This document shows, in pieces, positions 18,326 through 27,486 of a stretch of DNA of 53,282 bases. Position 1 is the stretch's first letter, and every line of letters starts with the position of its first letter. The translations under genes were made by a program, and so were the position numbers. The notes under the pieces were generated by a model, which saw only the letters and a program-made list of their open reading frames with translations, searched no databases and had not been told where the DNA came from. Source of the DNA: a virus (Duplodnaviria > Caudoviricetes); the IMG/VR virus record IMGVR_UViG_3300021471_000002, positions 1 through 53,282 of that record; one strand, given 5' to 3'.

Positions 18326-21220
18326 ATGATTCACGACGGCAAAGTCATAGGTCTGCCGCTGGTAGACTACACCGACACGAAGGCGAGCATCGAGGCGCTA
18401 TCTGGCCTGGAGGCCGGGATGACAGCCTACGCTTCCGATAGCCAGCAGTTCGGGTATTACGACGGCTCGGCCTGGCAGTGGCTGGACACCTCCCTGCCGG
18501 CCGACATACCGCTGGAGGATACCGGTGGCGACCACGACTTACTGCTCTCGTGCGACGAGGACCTGTCCGCTGATCACACGTTGGGTATTACCGTGTCCGA
18601 TGCCGACCGTGAGTTGGCCTTGCACGCGGACTTGACCGTGTCCGCTGCGTGCACACTGGACCAGGACCTCCAGCAGAGCGCCAGTCCAACATTCGATGGA
18701 TTGCATCTTTCGGATGTGGGTTCGTATGACCCGGGCAGAGACATCACCGATTTGTACCACCTGGTCGACAAGAAATACGTCGATGAGGCCGTGACGTCAT
18801 TGGGAGCAAGGTACTATATGACGGACACTGACTCTGGAATCAGTGGTTACAAATTGACGCAGATGGAGGCGCCATCGGGTTCAGAGGCATCACTCTCGTT
18901 CAACAACGTGACCGACGACCAGTTTCTGGCAGGCTGGATCGCGCCGTCTGCCGGAGAACCGCCGGTGCTGATTGCCGGTATCTATGATTGGCAGATTACG
19001 GTGGAAAAGACGGGCGGTACGAAGACACTGCGATTGTACTGGGAACTGGTAGAGCGCGAATCTGGCGGTAACGAGACGGTGATAGCCACTTCTTCCCTTA
19101 CCGACGAAATCGGCGCGAAGGACGTGTACCACGCGCCGGTCGTGCTATCCAGCGACTACGATATAGCCGACACGTCGTATGTCGTGGGGAAAATCTACGC
19201 CGAGGTGACCGGTTCCGGCAACGCGCCGAGTGTCACCATCTACTATATGGGTGCAACCGCCAGTCACTGGGAGATACCTGTCAACACGGAGATACTCGAT
19301 GGCATGTACGTCAATCGTGGCGGTGACACGATGACCGGCGAGTTGAGCGTGCCAGACCTCACCGTGTCCAACCTGGCCGCGAACCGTTTGGCGGCTACGG
19401 ATGGGACCAAGGGCTTGGCATCTGTGGCCGATCTGACGGATTGGGTGGCCGGTACAGCCAATCGGGTGTCGGTGACGGATGATGGCGATGGCACGATAAC
19501 GCTGTCTACGCCGCAGGATATTCACACCGGAGCCAGCCCGACGTTTGCCGACATCACGCTGGGGGCGGGAAGCATTGATCCGACGGAGCTATCGCCTGTG
19601 CTGGCGGGAAACGTTTTCACCGTTGACGATCTGCTTCTGCTCGGCCCTGGCTGTCCAATCGGTGCGACGTTCTGGCGGTCATTGCGCGGGCAGGAGGCGA
19701 CCATCTCCGGCGCGTTCCACCTGGCGGCGGGGAGGTGGGCGGGGACGCGGGCGCTGATGGTAGAGGAGGCGGCGACGAATATTGTCACCAATCCAGTGGC
19801 CGCCAAGAGTCGCAACGGCTACGACTCGGCGTGGGGTGATATAATTGTGCGCTCAACGGAAAAGTCGCTATTTGGCCCCGCATCTGTGAAATGGACATGG
19901 GATGGCGTTGGCGGTGGAGGTTGTAAATACAACTTGGCCGGTTACTCCGCCAACACTGATTACGTTGCAAGTGTGTATGTATGGATACCAGACATCCAGA
20001 CTGGTGATGTCAAATTCACAATATTTGGTGACGGATGGGTTTCGCTGGGAAAAACACTAATCACTGACCGAAACCGATGGGTCAGAGCAGTAGTCACGTT
20101 CAATACTGGCACAAACTCAGTCGTCAGGCCAACGGTGTACATCAATAGCCCATCCGCAAGTTTGTTTTTTTACGTGGACGGACTGAATGTCGTAGCTGGT
20201 AGTATAGCTACGTCACACATTGACGGCGACCTCGGCCCCGGCTACTCCTGGTCAGGTACACCACACGCCAGCGAATCCACACGCGCCGCAACCGAAGTCA
20301 ATCTTGACGATTACGCCGACCTCATCAGCGAAAATGATACTTGGTCATTGTCGCTGTGGTGGCAACCGCAATACGACGCCGATGACGACTGGCCCGACGC
20401 GGCGTATTTGTTCGATACTCGCGGCGCAAGTGACAACCACCGCGTCATCCTGGAGTTCGATGATGACGACGACAAATACAACGTCTATGTCAATGGCGCG
20501 TGGCGATTCCAATCGTCTGCGCAGACATTCCAGGCCGGTGAGTGGCAGCACGTCGTGCTGACATTCGATTTCGGCAATGATGAGTACACACTGAGCGTAA
20601 ACGGCGTACAGGACGGGACAGACACAACCAGCCTGACTGCCCCAACGCTGACGGAAATGAACCTCGGCAGCGACTACGCGGGCAACAATCACGCCAATGC
20701 CGCATATGCCGAGTTTGCATTGTTTGACCGAGTGCTTACATCGCAAGAGATTGCGGCTCTATACTTACGCAACGAACCGCTCAACGACCCAGGCGCAATC
20801 ATCGCGCCGGTGGACAATCTCGGCCCGTCGGCCGGGCGTTGGACCATCGGCATAAGCGCCGGCAGTACCAACAGCACAACGTATGTTGAGGTCGCTCCAA
20901 ATGGGACGGGGCGGTTCGGGTTTGGGCAATGGGTCAGTGGCATTATGCAATTCGAGGTCGTGATGTCACCGTCTAATTCCGCGCAGACTGCTTATGCGCG
21001 ACTGGCGTGGAATGATTCAGGAACGTGGCGCGAAGTGCCGAACTCTGAGGTATCACTGACCGGCACGACCACGGGCACGATAGTCAGGAGCGGGCCGATC
21101 TTTCTGTCACCCGGCGAGCGGGAATATAGAATCGAGGCCAGGAGCAGCGATGCAGGCGCATATGCGCGTATCAACGCGGCTGCCCTGGTATTGACACAAG
21201 GAGGCTTAGATGAGATATAG
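18326..21220 (+). CDS. Tail fibre/receptor-binding protein with carbohydrate-binding and LamG/concanavalin-like domains
   Basis: KKYVD and YVNRGGDTMTG fibre motifs; SLSLWW.P, GEWQHVVLTFD...LSVNG, FALFDRVLTSQEIAALY (LamG). Confidence 0.78.
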   Translation: MIHDGKVIGLPLVDYTDTKASIEALSGLEAGMTAYASDSQQFGYYDGSAWQWLDTSLPADIPLEDTGGDHDLLLSCDEDLSADHTLGITVSDADRELALHADLTVSAACTLDQDLQQSASPTFDGLHLSDVGSYDPGRDITDLYHLVDKKYVDEAVTSLGARYYMTDTDSGISGYKLTQMEAPSGSEASLSFNNVTDDQFLAGWIAPSAGEPPVLIAGIYDWQITVEKTGGTKTLRLYWELVERESGGNETVIATSSLTDEIGAKDVYHAPVVLSSDYDIADTSYVVGKIYAEVTGSGNAPSVTIYYMGATASHWEIPVNTEILDGMYVNRGGDTMTGELSVPDLTVSNLAANRLAATDGTKGLASVADLTDWVAGTANRVSVTDDGDGTITLSTPQDIHTGASPTFADITLGAGSIDPTELSPVLAGNVFTVDDLLLLGPGCPIGATFWRSLRGQEATISGAFHLAAGRWAGTRALMVEEAATNIVTNPVAAKSRNGYDSAWGDIIVRSTEKSLFGPASVKWTWDGVGGGGCKYNLAGYSANTDYVASVYVWIPDIQTGDVKFTIFGDGWVSLGKTLITDRNRWVRAVVTFNTGTNSVVRPTVYINSPSASLFFYVDGLNVVAGSIATSHIDGDLGPGYSWSGTPHASESTRAATEVNLDDYADLISENDTWSLSLWWQPQYDADDDWPDAAYLFDTRGASDNHRVILEFDDDDDKYNVYVNGAWRFQSSAQTFQAGEWQHVVLTFDFGNDEYTLSVNGVQDGTDTTSLTAPTLTEMNLGSDYAGNNHANAAYAEFALFDRVLTSQEIAALYLRNEPLNDPGAIIAPVDNLGPSAGRWTIGISAGSTNSTTYVEVAPNGTGRFGFGQWVSGIMQFEVVMSPSNSAQTAYARLAWNDSGTWREVPNSEVSLTGTTTGTIVRSGPIFLSPGEREYRIEARSSDAGAYARINAAALVLTQGGLDEI

Positions 21221-21683
21221 CAAACCGGACTTCGTACCGCGTTTAGCTGACGCGGGGTTGGACGATGTAATTCTGACGGCATTCAACGACACCATCACGT
21301 CCGAGGCGTTGGTAGAGATTGTAAATGCCTCTACCGGCCTGGGGCTGTCCGAGGCTGATTTGCACTACTACATCAGCCAGCGCGGGGGATTGGGGCTGAT
21401 AGTCACAGGTGGGTCACTGGCGTCCCAAATTGCCCGGCCGGATGCACCGACCGGGCTGGGACAGGACAAGGCAGCGGTGTGGTTCAGTGAACCGACAGGA
21501 GGCAAACTGACAATCCGGTGGTATGTCAACGGGGGATTAGTCTCGGAGGATACGCGAGATTGTGCCACCAATCGAGCAATGCCCAAATCTGCGCTGGAGT
21601 GCAAGGAGGGGGATGTGATTCAGGTGTGTGTAGTTGACGACAACGGTGTCGTCGGCTGGTGGGCGAGGATCGAGGTGGCGTGA
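21210..21683 (+). CDS. Hypothetical protein
   Basis: SD AGGAGG; overlaps the fibre stop. Confidence 0.55.
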   Translation: MRYSKPDFVPRLADAGLDDVILTAFNDTITSEALVEIVNASTGLGLSEADLHYYISQRGGLGLIVTGGSLASQIARPDAPTGLGQDKAAVWFSEPTGGKLTIRWYVNGGLVSEDTRDCATNRAMPKSALECKEGDVIQVCVVDDNGVVGWWARIEVA

Positions 21684-22078
21684 TTGTCCTGGAGACTGTT
21701 GAGAGGGTGGTGGTGCGGATGTCTGAATCGGATGATGTGTTACAGCAGGTATTGTTACAATTGCGTGAGCAGCAGATATTGCTGAGCAAGCTGACGTCGA
21801 CGAACGGATTGATTCCCGATCTCGGCATCAAGTTGACGGACATTGCTACCGACCTGGCGGCGCTGCGCGAGAATGTTCACACAAACTCGGAGATGATGCG
21901 AGCAAACGCGAGCCGGCTTGCAAATTTGCCGTGCGCCGAGATGGCGGCCGATCTGGAGGTGCTCAAGTGCGGCCTGCGCAGCGGCCGGACGAACTGGGAC
22001 CGCGTTACGACGGTCGGTCTGGGCGTGCTCCAGGCACTCGCCACAGCAGCGGTGCTGTATCTGGCAGGGATGAAATAG
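21659..22078 (+). CDS. Coiled-coil protein with C-terminal TM helix (XhlA/holin-like); true start probably 21680-21719
   Basis: Heptad region plus VTTVGLGVLQALATAAVLYLAG; last gene of the + arm. Confidence 0.5.
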   Translation: MGEDRGGVIVLETVERVVVRMSESDDVLQQVLLQLREQQILLSKLTSTNGLIPDLGIKLTDIATDLAALRENVHTNSEMMRANASRLANLPCAEMAADLEVLKCGLRSGRTNWDRVTTVGLGVLQALATAAVLYLAGMK

Positions 22079-22184
22079 CTATCGTGTACACTAGTGAACT
22101 GTACAGCCTACTTTAACAATTCAGCCAGCGGCAGTTGCACTGCGTCGAGTGTCTTTTGTGTTGTCATTGTCATCTGCAAATATG

Positions 22185-22361
22185 TCAAGAAATGTTTTCT
22201 CTCGCTCTCAAAATGTCAATGGCGTCAGCCATCATACGCAACTGTTCAGCAGTGAATACTACACCCACGAAGGAATAACCACTGTCATTATCAACCGGCG
22301 CGTCAACTTTCGGGTGGATTGTAGAATCCTCACATTCAAGATCAATCGTCATTTTCATCAT
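22185..22361 (-). CDS. Small hypothetical protein (58 aa); absent from ORF track
   Basis: AGGAG upstream; MMKMTIDLECEDSTIHPKVDAPVDNDSGYSFVGVVFTAEQLRMMADAIDILRARENIS*. Confidence 0.5.
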   Translation of the reverse strand: MMKMTIDLECEDSTIHPKVDAPVDNDSGYSFVGVVFTAEQLRMMADAIDILRARENIS

Positions 22362-22436
22362 TCATTCTCCTGTTGAGTTCCAGGCGTTACTGTTCAGTTC
22401 TGCCGGTCACAACGGCGGTGAACAATTCTTATGCTC

Positions 22437-23093
22437 TTATGCAATTCGCAGGTAACTCACGATTCTGTCCAGTTGCCATTTTCGCGCGGCCTCCACGGCG
22501 ACGTCAACGTCTCTGCCGGCAGCACGGGCGGCGTTCCGGATGGCCCAGGCGGCGTCCCTGGCCGCAGCCCAGGCGATGGGGCAGGCGTCTCTGGTGATGT
22601 CCCGGGCGGCGTCCCTGGTCGCGGCCCAGGTGGCGATCCTGCCGGCGGTCTGGGAGGCGCACGCCGCGGCCCAAGCGGCGTCCCTGGCGGCAGCCCAGGC
22701 GGCGATCCTGACGGTGGCCTGGGCAGCGCCCGCCGCGCCCTGGGCGGTGTACGCGGCGCCCAGGGCGGCGTTCCCGGCGGCGTCCCTGGCGGCAGTCAGT
22801 TCCTCGTCCGTGATCTCGCCTCGCAGCCAAGCTCGCTTGGCTGCGATGGCGGCGGATACACGAGGATCGTCTGAAAGATGTGCTACCCGCTCCGCAAAGT
22901 CGCAGGCCAGGGCGTGCATTTGCCGGTCGGCCAGAAACTCATTGTGCAACAACGCCCAGATCTTGTCCTCTGTCGAGATTTTCAGCGCCACGATGTCCCC
23001 GGCGCTGAGTGCCGGGCGACCGGCGAACAACTTCTCTATCCTCGCGGCGCTGTAACACGGCTCCCAGGCCAGTACCTGATCTATAGTAACCAT
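22437..23093 (-). CDS. Ala-rich AAWAAARDAA-repeat protein (Imm5-like domain)
   Basis: ALACDFAERV...DPR..AAI.A.RAWLRGE...EEL.AAR followed by AAWAAARDAA repeats; SD AAAGGAG. Confidence 0.7.
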   Translation of the reverse strand: MVTIDQVLAWEPCYSAARIEKLFAGRPALSAGDIVALKISTEDKIWALLHNEFLADRQMHALACDFAERVAHLSDDPRVSAAIAAKRAWLRGEITDEELTAARDAAGNAALGAAYTAQGAAGAAQATVRIAAWAAARDAAWAAACASQTAGRIATWAATRDAARDITRDACPIAWAAARDAAWAIRNAARAAGRDVDVAVEAARKWQLDRIVSYLRIA

Positions 23094-23129
23094 TTTGTTC
23101 TCCTTTGTCGCGTTACTTGTATGAGCTGC

Positions 23130-23795
23130 TTATGGCAGCGTGGTCTTTTGCTCATTCAATACTCTCTCCCAAAACTCGATCTGGCACTCAGTGTGAGCCT
23201 CCCACCGCTTGAACCACTCTGCATTTGCAGGGTCTTTCTCACGTCTTCGACGGAGTTGTCGTACCTCTGCTTGCAATCGCTTCACGCGGCGAGCAATGGC
23301 GGCAGGCTCGTATTTTCGCCGCACATTGTCCAGTGCCGCCTCCGCTCGATGTTGCCAGTAATCGCGTTTAGCGGTGTTTTCATAAACCGATTGGCTTAGT
23401 CTGTCAACTCTGTCCAGATCGCGCCGATGGCGACGCTCTGAATGGTGGCCGACCAGGACAGGTTGTCCAAACGGTATTTGATCCAGTATACTGTCTCGCA
23501 TAGCAGCATCTCGAGCGGCGCGTTCGCGTGCTCTGTCAGCGTAGTCACTGTACCGCTCCGCCGCCAACTCAGCTCGCTTTTGCATTCCACCGTACTCTGT
23601 CGCGATAACACCACACGCGGCTAACACTGCATCCTCTCGGTCTGGCCTCCACGCGGCGTGTAACACGCGCTGGCGTGGGGCCCAGCGGAAGCCGAGGCCA
23701 GTCAACGTTTGCCAGTCCTCATCTGGCAAACGTTCGCCATCGCCAACGTACACGCGGAGTTTGTCATCTTCAAGCGAATACGTTGCTTTCACCAT
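23130..23795 (-). CDS. DUF3560 domain protein
   Basis: IPFGQPVLVGHHSERRHRRD signature; N-terminal GFRWAP.Q motif. Confidence 0.8.
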   Translation of the reverse strand: MVKATYSLEDDKLRVYVGDGERLPDEDWQTLTGLGFRWAPRQRVLHAAWRPDREDAVLAACGVIATEYGGMQKRAELAAERYSDYADRARERAARDAAMRDSILDQIPFGQPVLVGHHSERRHRRDLDRVDRLSQSVYENTAKRDYWQHRAEAALDNVRRKYEPAAIARRVKRLQAEVRQLRRRREKDPANAEWFKRWEAHTECQIEFWERVLNEQKTTLP

Positions 23796-23911
23796 TCACC
23801 TCCAGCAGCCCGGCGTAACCGGCCGAGCGACAGTGATGCACTCGCCGTTATCCGGTCCAGTAGTGAACCCCATAGCCCCGCCCATCCCCCCTCCCCCCCC
23901 GCCCGGCAGAA

Positions 23912-24637
23912 TCATAGTTCGTCGTTATCATCGCCATGCAGCAGCGCTGTGCGATCTCGCAGCAGCGCTTCAACAGTATCCGGGCTCAATTGCGCGATCT
24001 GCTGAGACCTGCGGCGAGTCCGGGCGAGAGACTTGGCGTATGCGGCTATTGCGTCCGGGTCTGCGAGTTGTTTGGACGCCTCTTCCCAGTCCTGAGGCGA
24101 TGTCCCCTCGCTCAGGGCCATCGCCTCGGCCATCATCTCCTGCAGGGATGGCTGGCCGTAGGCCATCGAGATTGCGTTCGTCAGTGCCCGCTTCTGTGCC
24201 TGCTGCTCCCAGGTCCAGCCGCGAGGCGGTGCGACCTCGCGCTCGGCCGGCGTGACGACACCAACGGCGGATGTACTTACGAGGCTGTAGGCGGTCTCGA
24301 AGTCAGCACCGGCCGCGACAAACGCTTGAAGCACCGGGAGTGCATCGTGTCGTAGCAGGTCGCAGCGGACGATGAGGTCACCGTTGTCATCCTGCACAGT
24401 AGTCAGGCGGGTCGTGTATCCGCACTGGCGGTTGGCCCATCTGACGAGGCATTTGTAGCCTGTTCCGATTCGCGGCCCGTAGTCCCCGTCCACGAATATG
24501 ACGATGTCACCGCGTAGCTCCATAATGTGGAGCGCTTTCTGAACCGGGACGGGCAGCGATGAGACAATGTCGTAGTACACAGCGTCATCGTCATATTCGT
24601 CACTCTGGTAATAATAGTTGTCGCTCTTCTCGCTCAT
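23912..24637 (-). CDS. RecT/Red-beta-like single-strand annealing protein (divergent)
   Basis: IGTGYKCLVRWANRQ resembles RecT IGYKGL..LA.R; W..QAQKRALTNAISMAY resembles the M..KT.....L..AP helix; SD GAGGAG. Confidence 0.5.
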   Translation of the reverse strand: MSEKSDNYYYQSDEYDDDAVYYDIVSSLPVPVQKALHIMELRGDIVIFVDGDYGPRIGTGYKCLVRWANRQCGYTTRLTTVQDDNGDLIVRCDLLRHDALPVLQAFVAAGADFETAYSLVSTSAVGVVTPAEREVAPPRGWTWEQQAQKRALTNAISMAYGQPSLQEMMAEAMALSEGTSPQDWEEASKQLADPDAIAAYAKSLARTRRRSQQIAQLSPDTVEALLRDRTALLHGDDNDEL

Positions 24638-24669
24638 CTGTTTCCTCCTCTATTATTTATTGTTGTTTG

Positions 24670-25185
24670 TTATTGCTGTTTGAATGTGAACTGCACGTTA
24701 CCGAGCAGATAGCGTCCCAGCGCGACCGCCACGGGGGTGAAAAACGAGAACAAAATCTCGCTGAGCACGCCGTAGACCACCAGGACGATGATGATCGAGA
24801 ATACGGCGCTCTCCCACCCCCGTGCCGGCTCGTACAGAGCGAAGAAGTCGAGGACGCTGTCCAGCGCGAACATCGCGGCAGACACCGCCCGAAGTACGGC
24901 GTGGTCTGAAAGAGAGGTCAGGCCGCTGACCAGCGCGGTGAAAAATACGATCTGGATCACCGTTGGCAGCATTGCCAACGTAGCGCCGAGTACCCTCGGC
25001 GCGGCGTCGATAGCGGTGTGCGTCTCGACCATCACGCCCCAGCCGGTGTAGCTGGCCATGACGTCGTAGACGAAAATCACCGCGGCCGCGATTGACAACA
25101 CTGTCGAGAGCACGAACACAATCCAAACCGCCGTCCGCTGAGCAGTTTGTGCCCAGCCCTTGATTGAATCAACTATTGCTGTCAT
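24670..25185 (-). CDS. Membrane protein (about 4 TM)
   Basis: Four long hydrophobic segments; SD AAGGAG. Confidence 0.7.
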   Translation of the reverse strand: MTAIVDSIKGWAQTAQRTAVWIVFVLSTVLSIAAAVIFVYDVMASYTGWGVMVETHTAIDAAPRVLGATLAMLPTVIQIVFFTALVSGLTSLSDHAVLRAVSAAMFALDSVLDFFALYEPARGWESAVFSIIIVLVVYGVLSEILFSFFTPVAVALGRYLLGNVQFTFKQQ

Positions 25186-25186
25186 A

Positions 25187-25366
25187 TCATTTACTCCTTC
25201 TCTTGATCCTCCTGGCGTAGGCGCGTCTGTTCTGAGCGCTACGCTTGCACTTCACCGAGCAATACCGCTGACGCGGTTCGTCGGTTCTGAATCTGTTGCC
25301 GCATTCAACGCACGTGCGTTCGAACGCGCCGGTGTCCGTCGTACTGATTGGTCCGTAATTGCTCAT
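25187..25366 (-). CDS. Small zinc-finger protein (CGNR-type)
   Basis: CVECGNRF......RYCS.KC; start MSNYG with GGAGG upstream. Confidence 0.6.
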   Translation of the reverse strand: MSNYGPISTTDTGAFERTCVECGNRFRTDEPRQRYCSVKCKRSAQNRRAYARRIKRRSK

Positions 25367-25385
25367 AGGTAGTCCTCCTTCCAGT

Positions 25386-25682
25386 TCACGCGCCGGCACT
25401 CCGGTTGCACGCAACCGGCTGCCGGGGTTGCGATATGGAAAACAACGACAACTGTGCTACTCCGCCAATGCGTTCCACGCAATGCCAGTGATATGTTGCG
25501 ATGCTGTCGCCCTCCCGGACGGCCAGCTCTACACCGCCGCCATTGCAGACGGCGCAGCGGGAGCGCGCCGGCAACGTGATCACACCAATTTGTTTCAACA
25601 TAGAGCCTACCTGCATCCTGGACATCCGATCTCCTCTCCCTCGTCGTTGACCAGATCGCTTTCCTTGCACCAGTGGCCGCAA
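25386..25682 (-). CDS. Hypothetical protein with CxxC...HxxC (true start probably near 25625)
   Basis: CAVCNGG...YHWHC; fills the operon gap. Confidence 0.4.
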   Translation of the reverse strand: MRPLVQGKRSGQRRGRGDRMSRMQVGSMLKQIGVITLPARSRCAVCNGGGVELAVREGDSIATYHWHCVERIGGVAQLSLFSISQPRQPVACNRSAGA

Positions 25683-25891
25683 TACGGGCAGGTGGTCAGT
25701 CCGTGGTCCGCGAGGGTGTTAACCAGGTCGGTTTCATCGTACCACCAGATATTGAACTTGTCGATGATCTGGCTGGGCGTCATTGCGTTGTCGCCCTCGC
25801 CCTGCGAATCGAGCAGGTAGGCGACGACGATCTCGATGATGGTGTCCATCCACGGTTCCGTCTCTATTACCCAACGACTTGTCTCGTTCAT
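25607..25891 (-). CDS. Hypothetical zinc-ribbon protein
   Basis: CPYCGHWC...CPGC; SD AGGAG. Confidence 0.55.
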   Translation of the reverse strand: MNETSRWVIETEPWMDTIIEIVVAYLLDSQGEGDNAMTPSQIIDKFNIWWYDETDLVNTLADHGLTTCPYCGHWCKESDLVNDEGEEIGCPGCR

Positions 25892-25909
25892 ATCACTTCT
25901 CCTATTTCT

Positions 25910-27190
25910 TTATAGCACTTTTCGCACCAGCCCGCCGGCTCGCAGTGTGCCGGCGCGTGCGGCTCTGGCGGCCGCGCGGTCAGCTGCCTCTCTGGTGGTT
26001 GTCAAAACATCCTGGAGCGCCGCCCGCAGATCGGTGAGCGCCACAGCGTCCGCAGGCGCGACACTACCCGGCCGTCCGGTCTGGCGCGGTGTCGCCGCTG
26101 CACGTTCCCGCAGCACCTCGAGCTGCCGGCGGAGGTCATCGTCTCCGACGGCGTCCTTCATTTTGAACATCTCGAGCAGGCTATTGACCCGCTCGGCGAC
26201 TTTAGGATTCAGGAAGCCGTTCTTATCCACCGAGGCGGCGATCTCGGTCGCCTCGGCGTATGCCCAGGCCCGCAGGTTGGTGAACAGCTCCTCGAATGGC
26301 GAGGCGATGTGCTGGAGTTGTTCGCGTGCGTGTTCCAGTTCGGCCTGGCGGATCGCCTCCATCTTGATCTCGGCCTCCGAACGCGCCAGGCGGGCGCGTT
26401 CATAGGCTTCCACCTCGGCGGCGTGGTGTTCTGCTGCCTGGCGGCGAAGGGCGGCGGCTCGTTCGCTCTCGGCCTCCAAGTCGGCGGCGGTCATCAAGAC
26501 GGCGGTTTTGTATTCCGCCGTCAGATTGGACTCGACGTCGCTGCGCGACGGGAACAGGGGGCGGGCGCGGTCGACCATCCACGCGATGAACTCATCGCGT
26601 GAGTCAAACGTCAGCGCTCCGCCTCGCAGGTTCAACACCAGCCGCCCGTCGTCCGCGTGGCCGTTCGCGTGGCCGTTGGCGGCGAGGATTGCGTCCCACG
26701 CCTCGGCGGCGCGTGCGGCCTCGGCGGCCAGATAGGCCTCGCGCCACTCGTCGAGATGCGCGAGGATGGTCTCCTTGAGCTCGTCCCACTCGGCCGCCAG
26801 CTCGTTCCAGCGGGCGACAAAGGCGTCGTAGGCGGCATAGTAGAGATAGCGATACGGGCGGAACCCCGCGACGTCGTGAGCGTACTTGTCGAGTACTCCC
26901 CGCATCCTGCGAGAGATGCTCTGCAGGCGGCCGTGCACCTCGCGGGGGATCAGATAGGTCTGCCCTGCAGTGCACGTCCTCCCGCGCACTGACGAGCGGG
27001 GGATTCCGAGTCCGGTCATGGTGGCGCGGCGTGAGAACATCGTCACGCCGTGCACATCGACGTCAATCAGTATCCCCTGTCGCCTGAGAACGCTCAATTC
27101 AAACCAGACGCGCTCAAAGTGCGTCTCGCCGGTGGCTGCAGCTGCGGCTGCAATCGGATCGTTCAATCTATGTTCGTCCATTTGTACCAA
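25910..27190 (-). CDS. DUF3150-like coiled-coil protein (start probably ATG 27181)
   Basis: G.LIDVDV...R.A...LG.....AGQ.YLIP.E....L..I....R..L...Y.....F...W.EL..E pattern recalled for DUF3150-like proteins that accompany AAA/DUF1257/DUF2997. Confidence 0.5.
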   Translation of the reverse strand: MVQMDEHRLNDPIAAAAAATGETHFERVWFELSVLRRQGILIDVDVHGVTMFSRRATMTGLGIPRSSVRGRTCTAGQTYLIPREVHGRLQSISRRMRGVLDKYAHDVAGFRPYRYLYYAAYDAFVARWNELAAEWDELKETILAHLDEWREAYLAAEAARAAEAWDAILAANGHANGHADDGRLVLNLRGGALTFDSRDEFIAWMVDRARPLFPSRSDVESNLTAEYKTAVLMTAADLEAESERAAALRRQAAEHHAAEVEAYERARLARSEAEIKMEAIRQAELEHAREQLQHIASPFEELFTNLRAWAYAEATEIAASVDKNGFLNPKVAERVNSLLEMFKMKDAVGDDDLRRQLEVLRERAAATPRQTGRPGSVAPADAVALTDLRAALQDVLTTTREAADRAAARAARAGTLRAGGLVRKVL

Positions 27191-27486
27191 CTCCGGGCGT
27201 TAGTGACCAGCACTCGGCCATGCTGGTCGATTAGTCCACGCGGGAATTTAACACACAAACCGTGTCCTGGCCACGCGACAGTGAAGCCGAGCGGCATGAA
27301 GTTCACCATCGTGACGATGTCGAAGGCGTTGAGCCGCGCGCCGGGTGCGAATATGCCGGCGGGATCACACTTGACGACAACCCGGCCGCGGGCGACATAG
27401 CCATCGGTTCTGCTGTTTCCCGGCGTGGCAGATGAGGTGGTTGAATGTACCCGGGGACCTCTTCTTTCGTCAATTTCTATACTCAT
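27163..27486 (-). CDS. Hypothetical protein
   Basis: ATGA coupling to the helicase stop; DPAGIFAPGARL. Confidence 0.5.
   Translation of the reverse strand: MSIEIDERRGPRVHSTTSSATPGNSRTDGYVARGRVVVKCDPAGIFAPGARLNAFDIVTMVNFMPLGFTVAWPGHGLCVKFPRGLIDQHGRVLVTNARSWYKWTNID

Noticed and set aside
12826-21220. Diversity-generating retroelement targeting tail fibres
   Set aside because: No reverse transcriptase and no TR/VR pair differing at adenines was seen.
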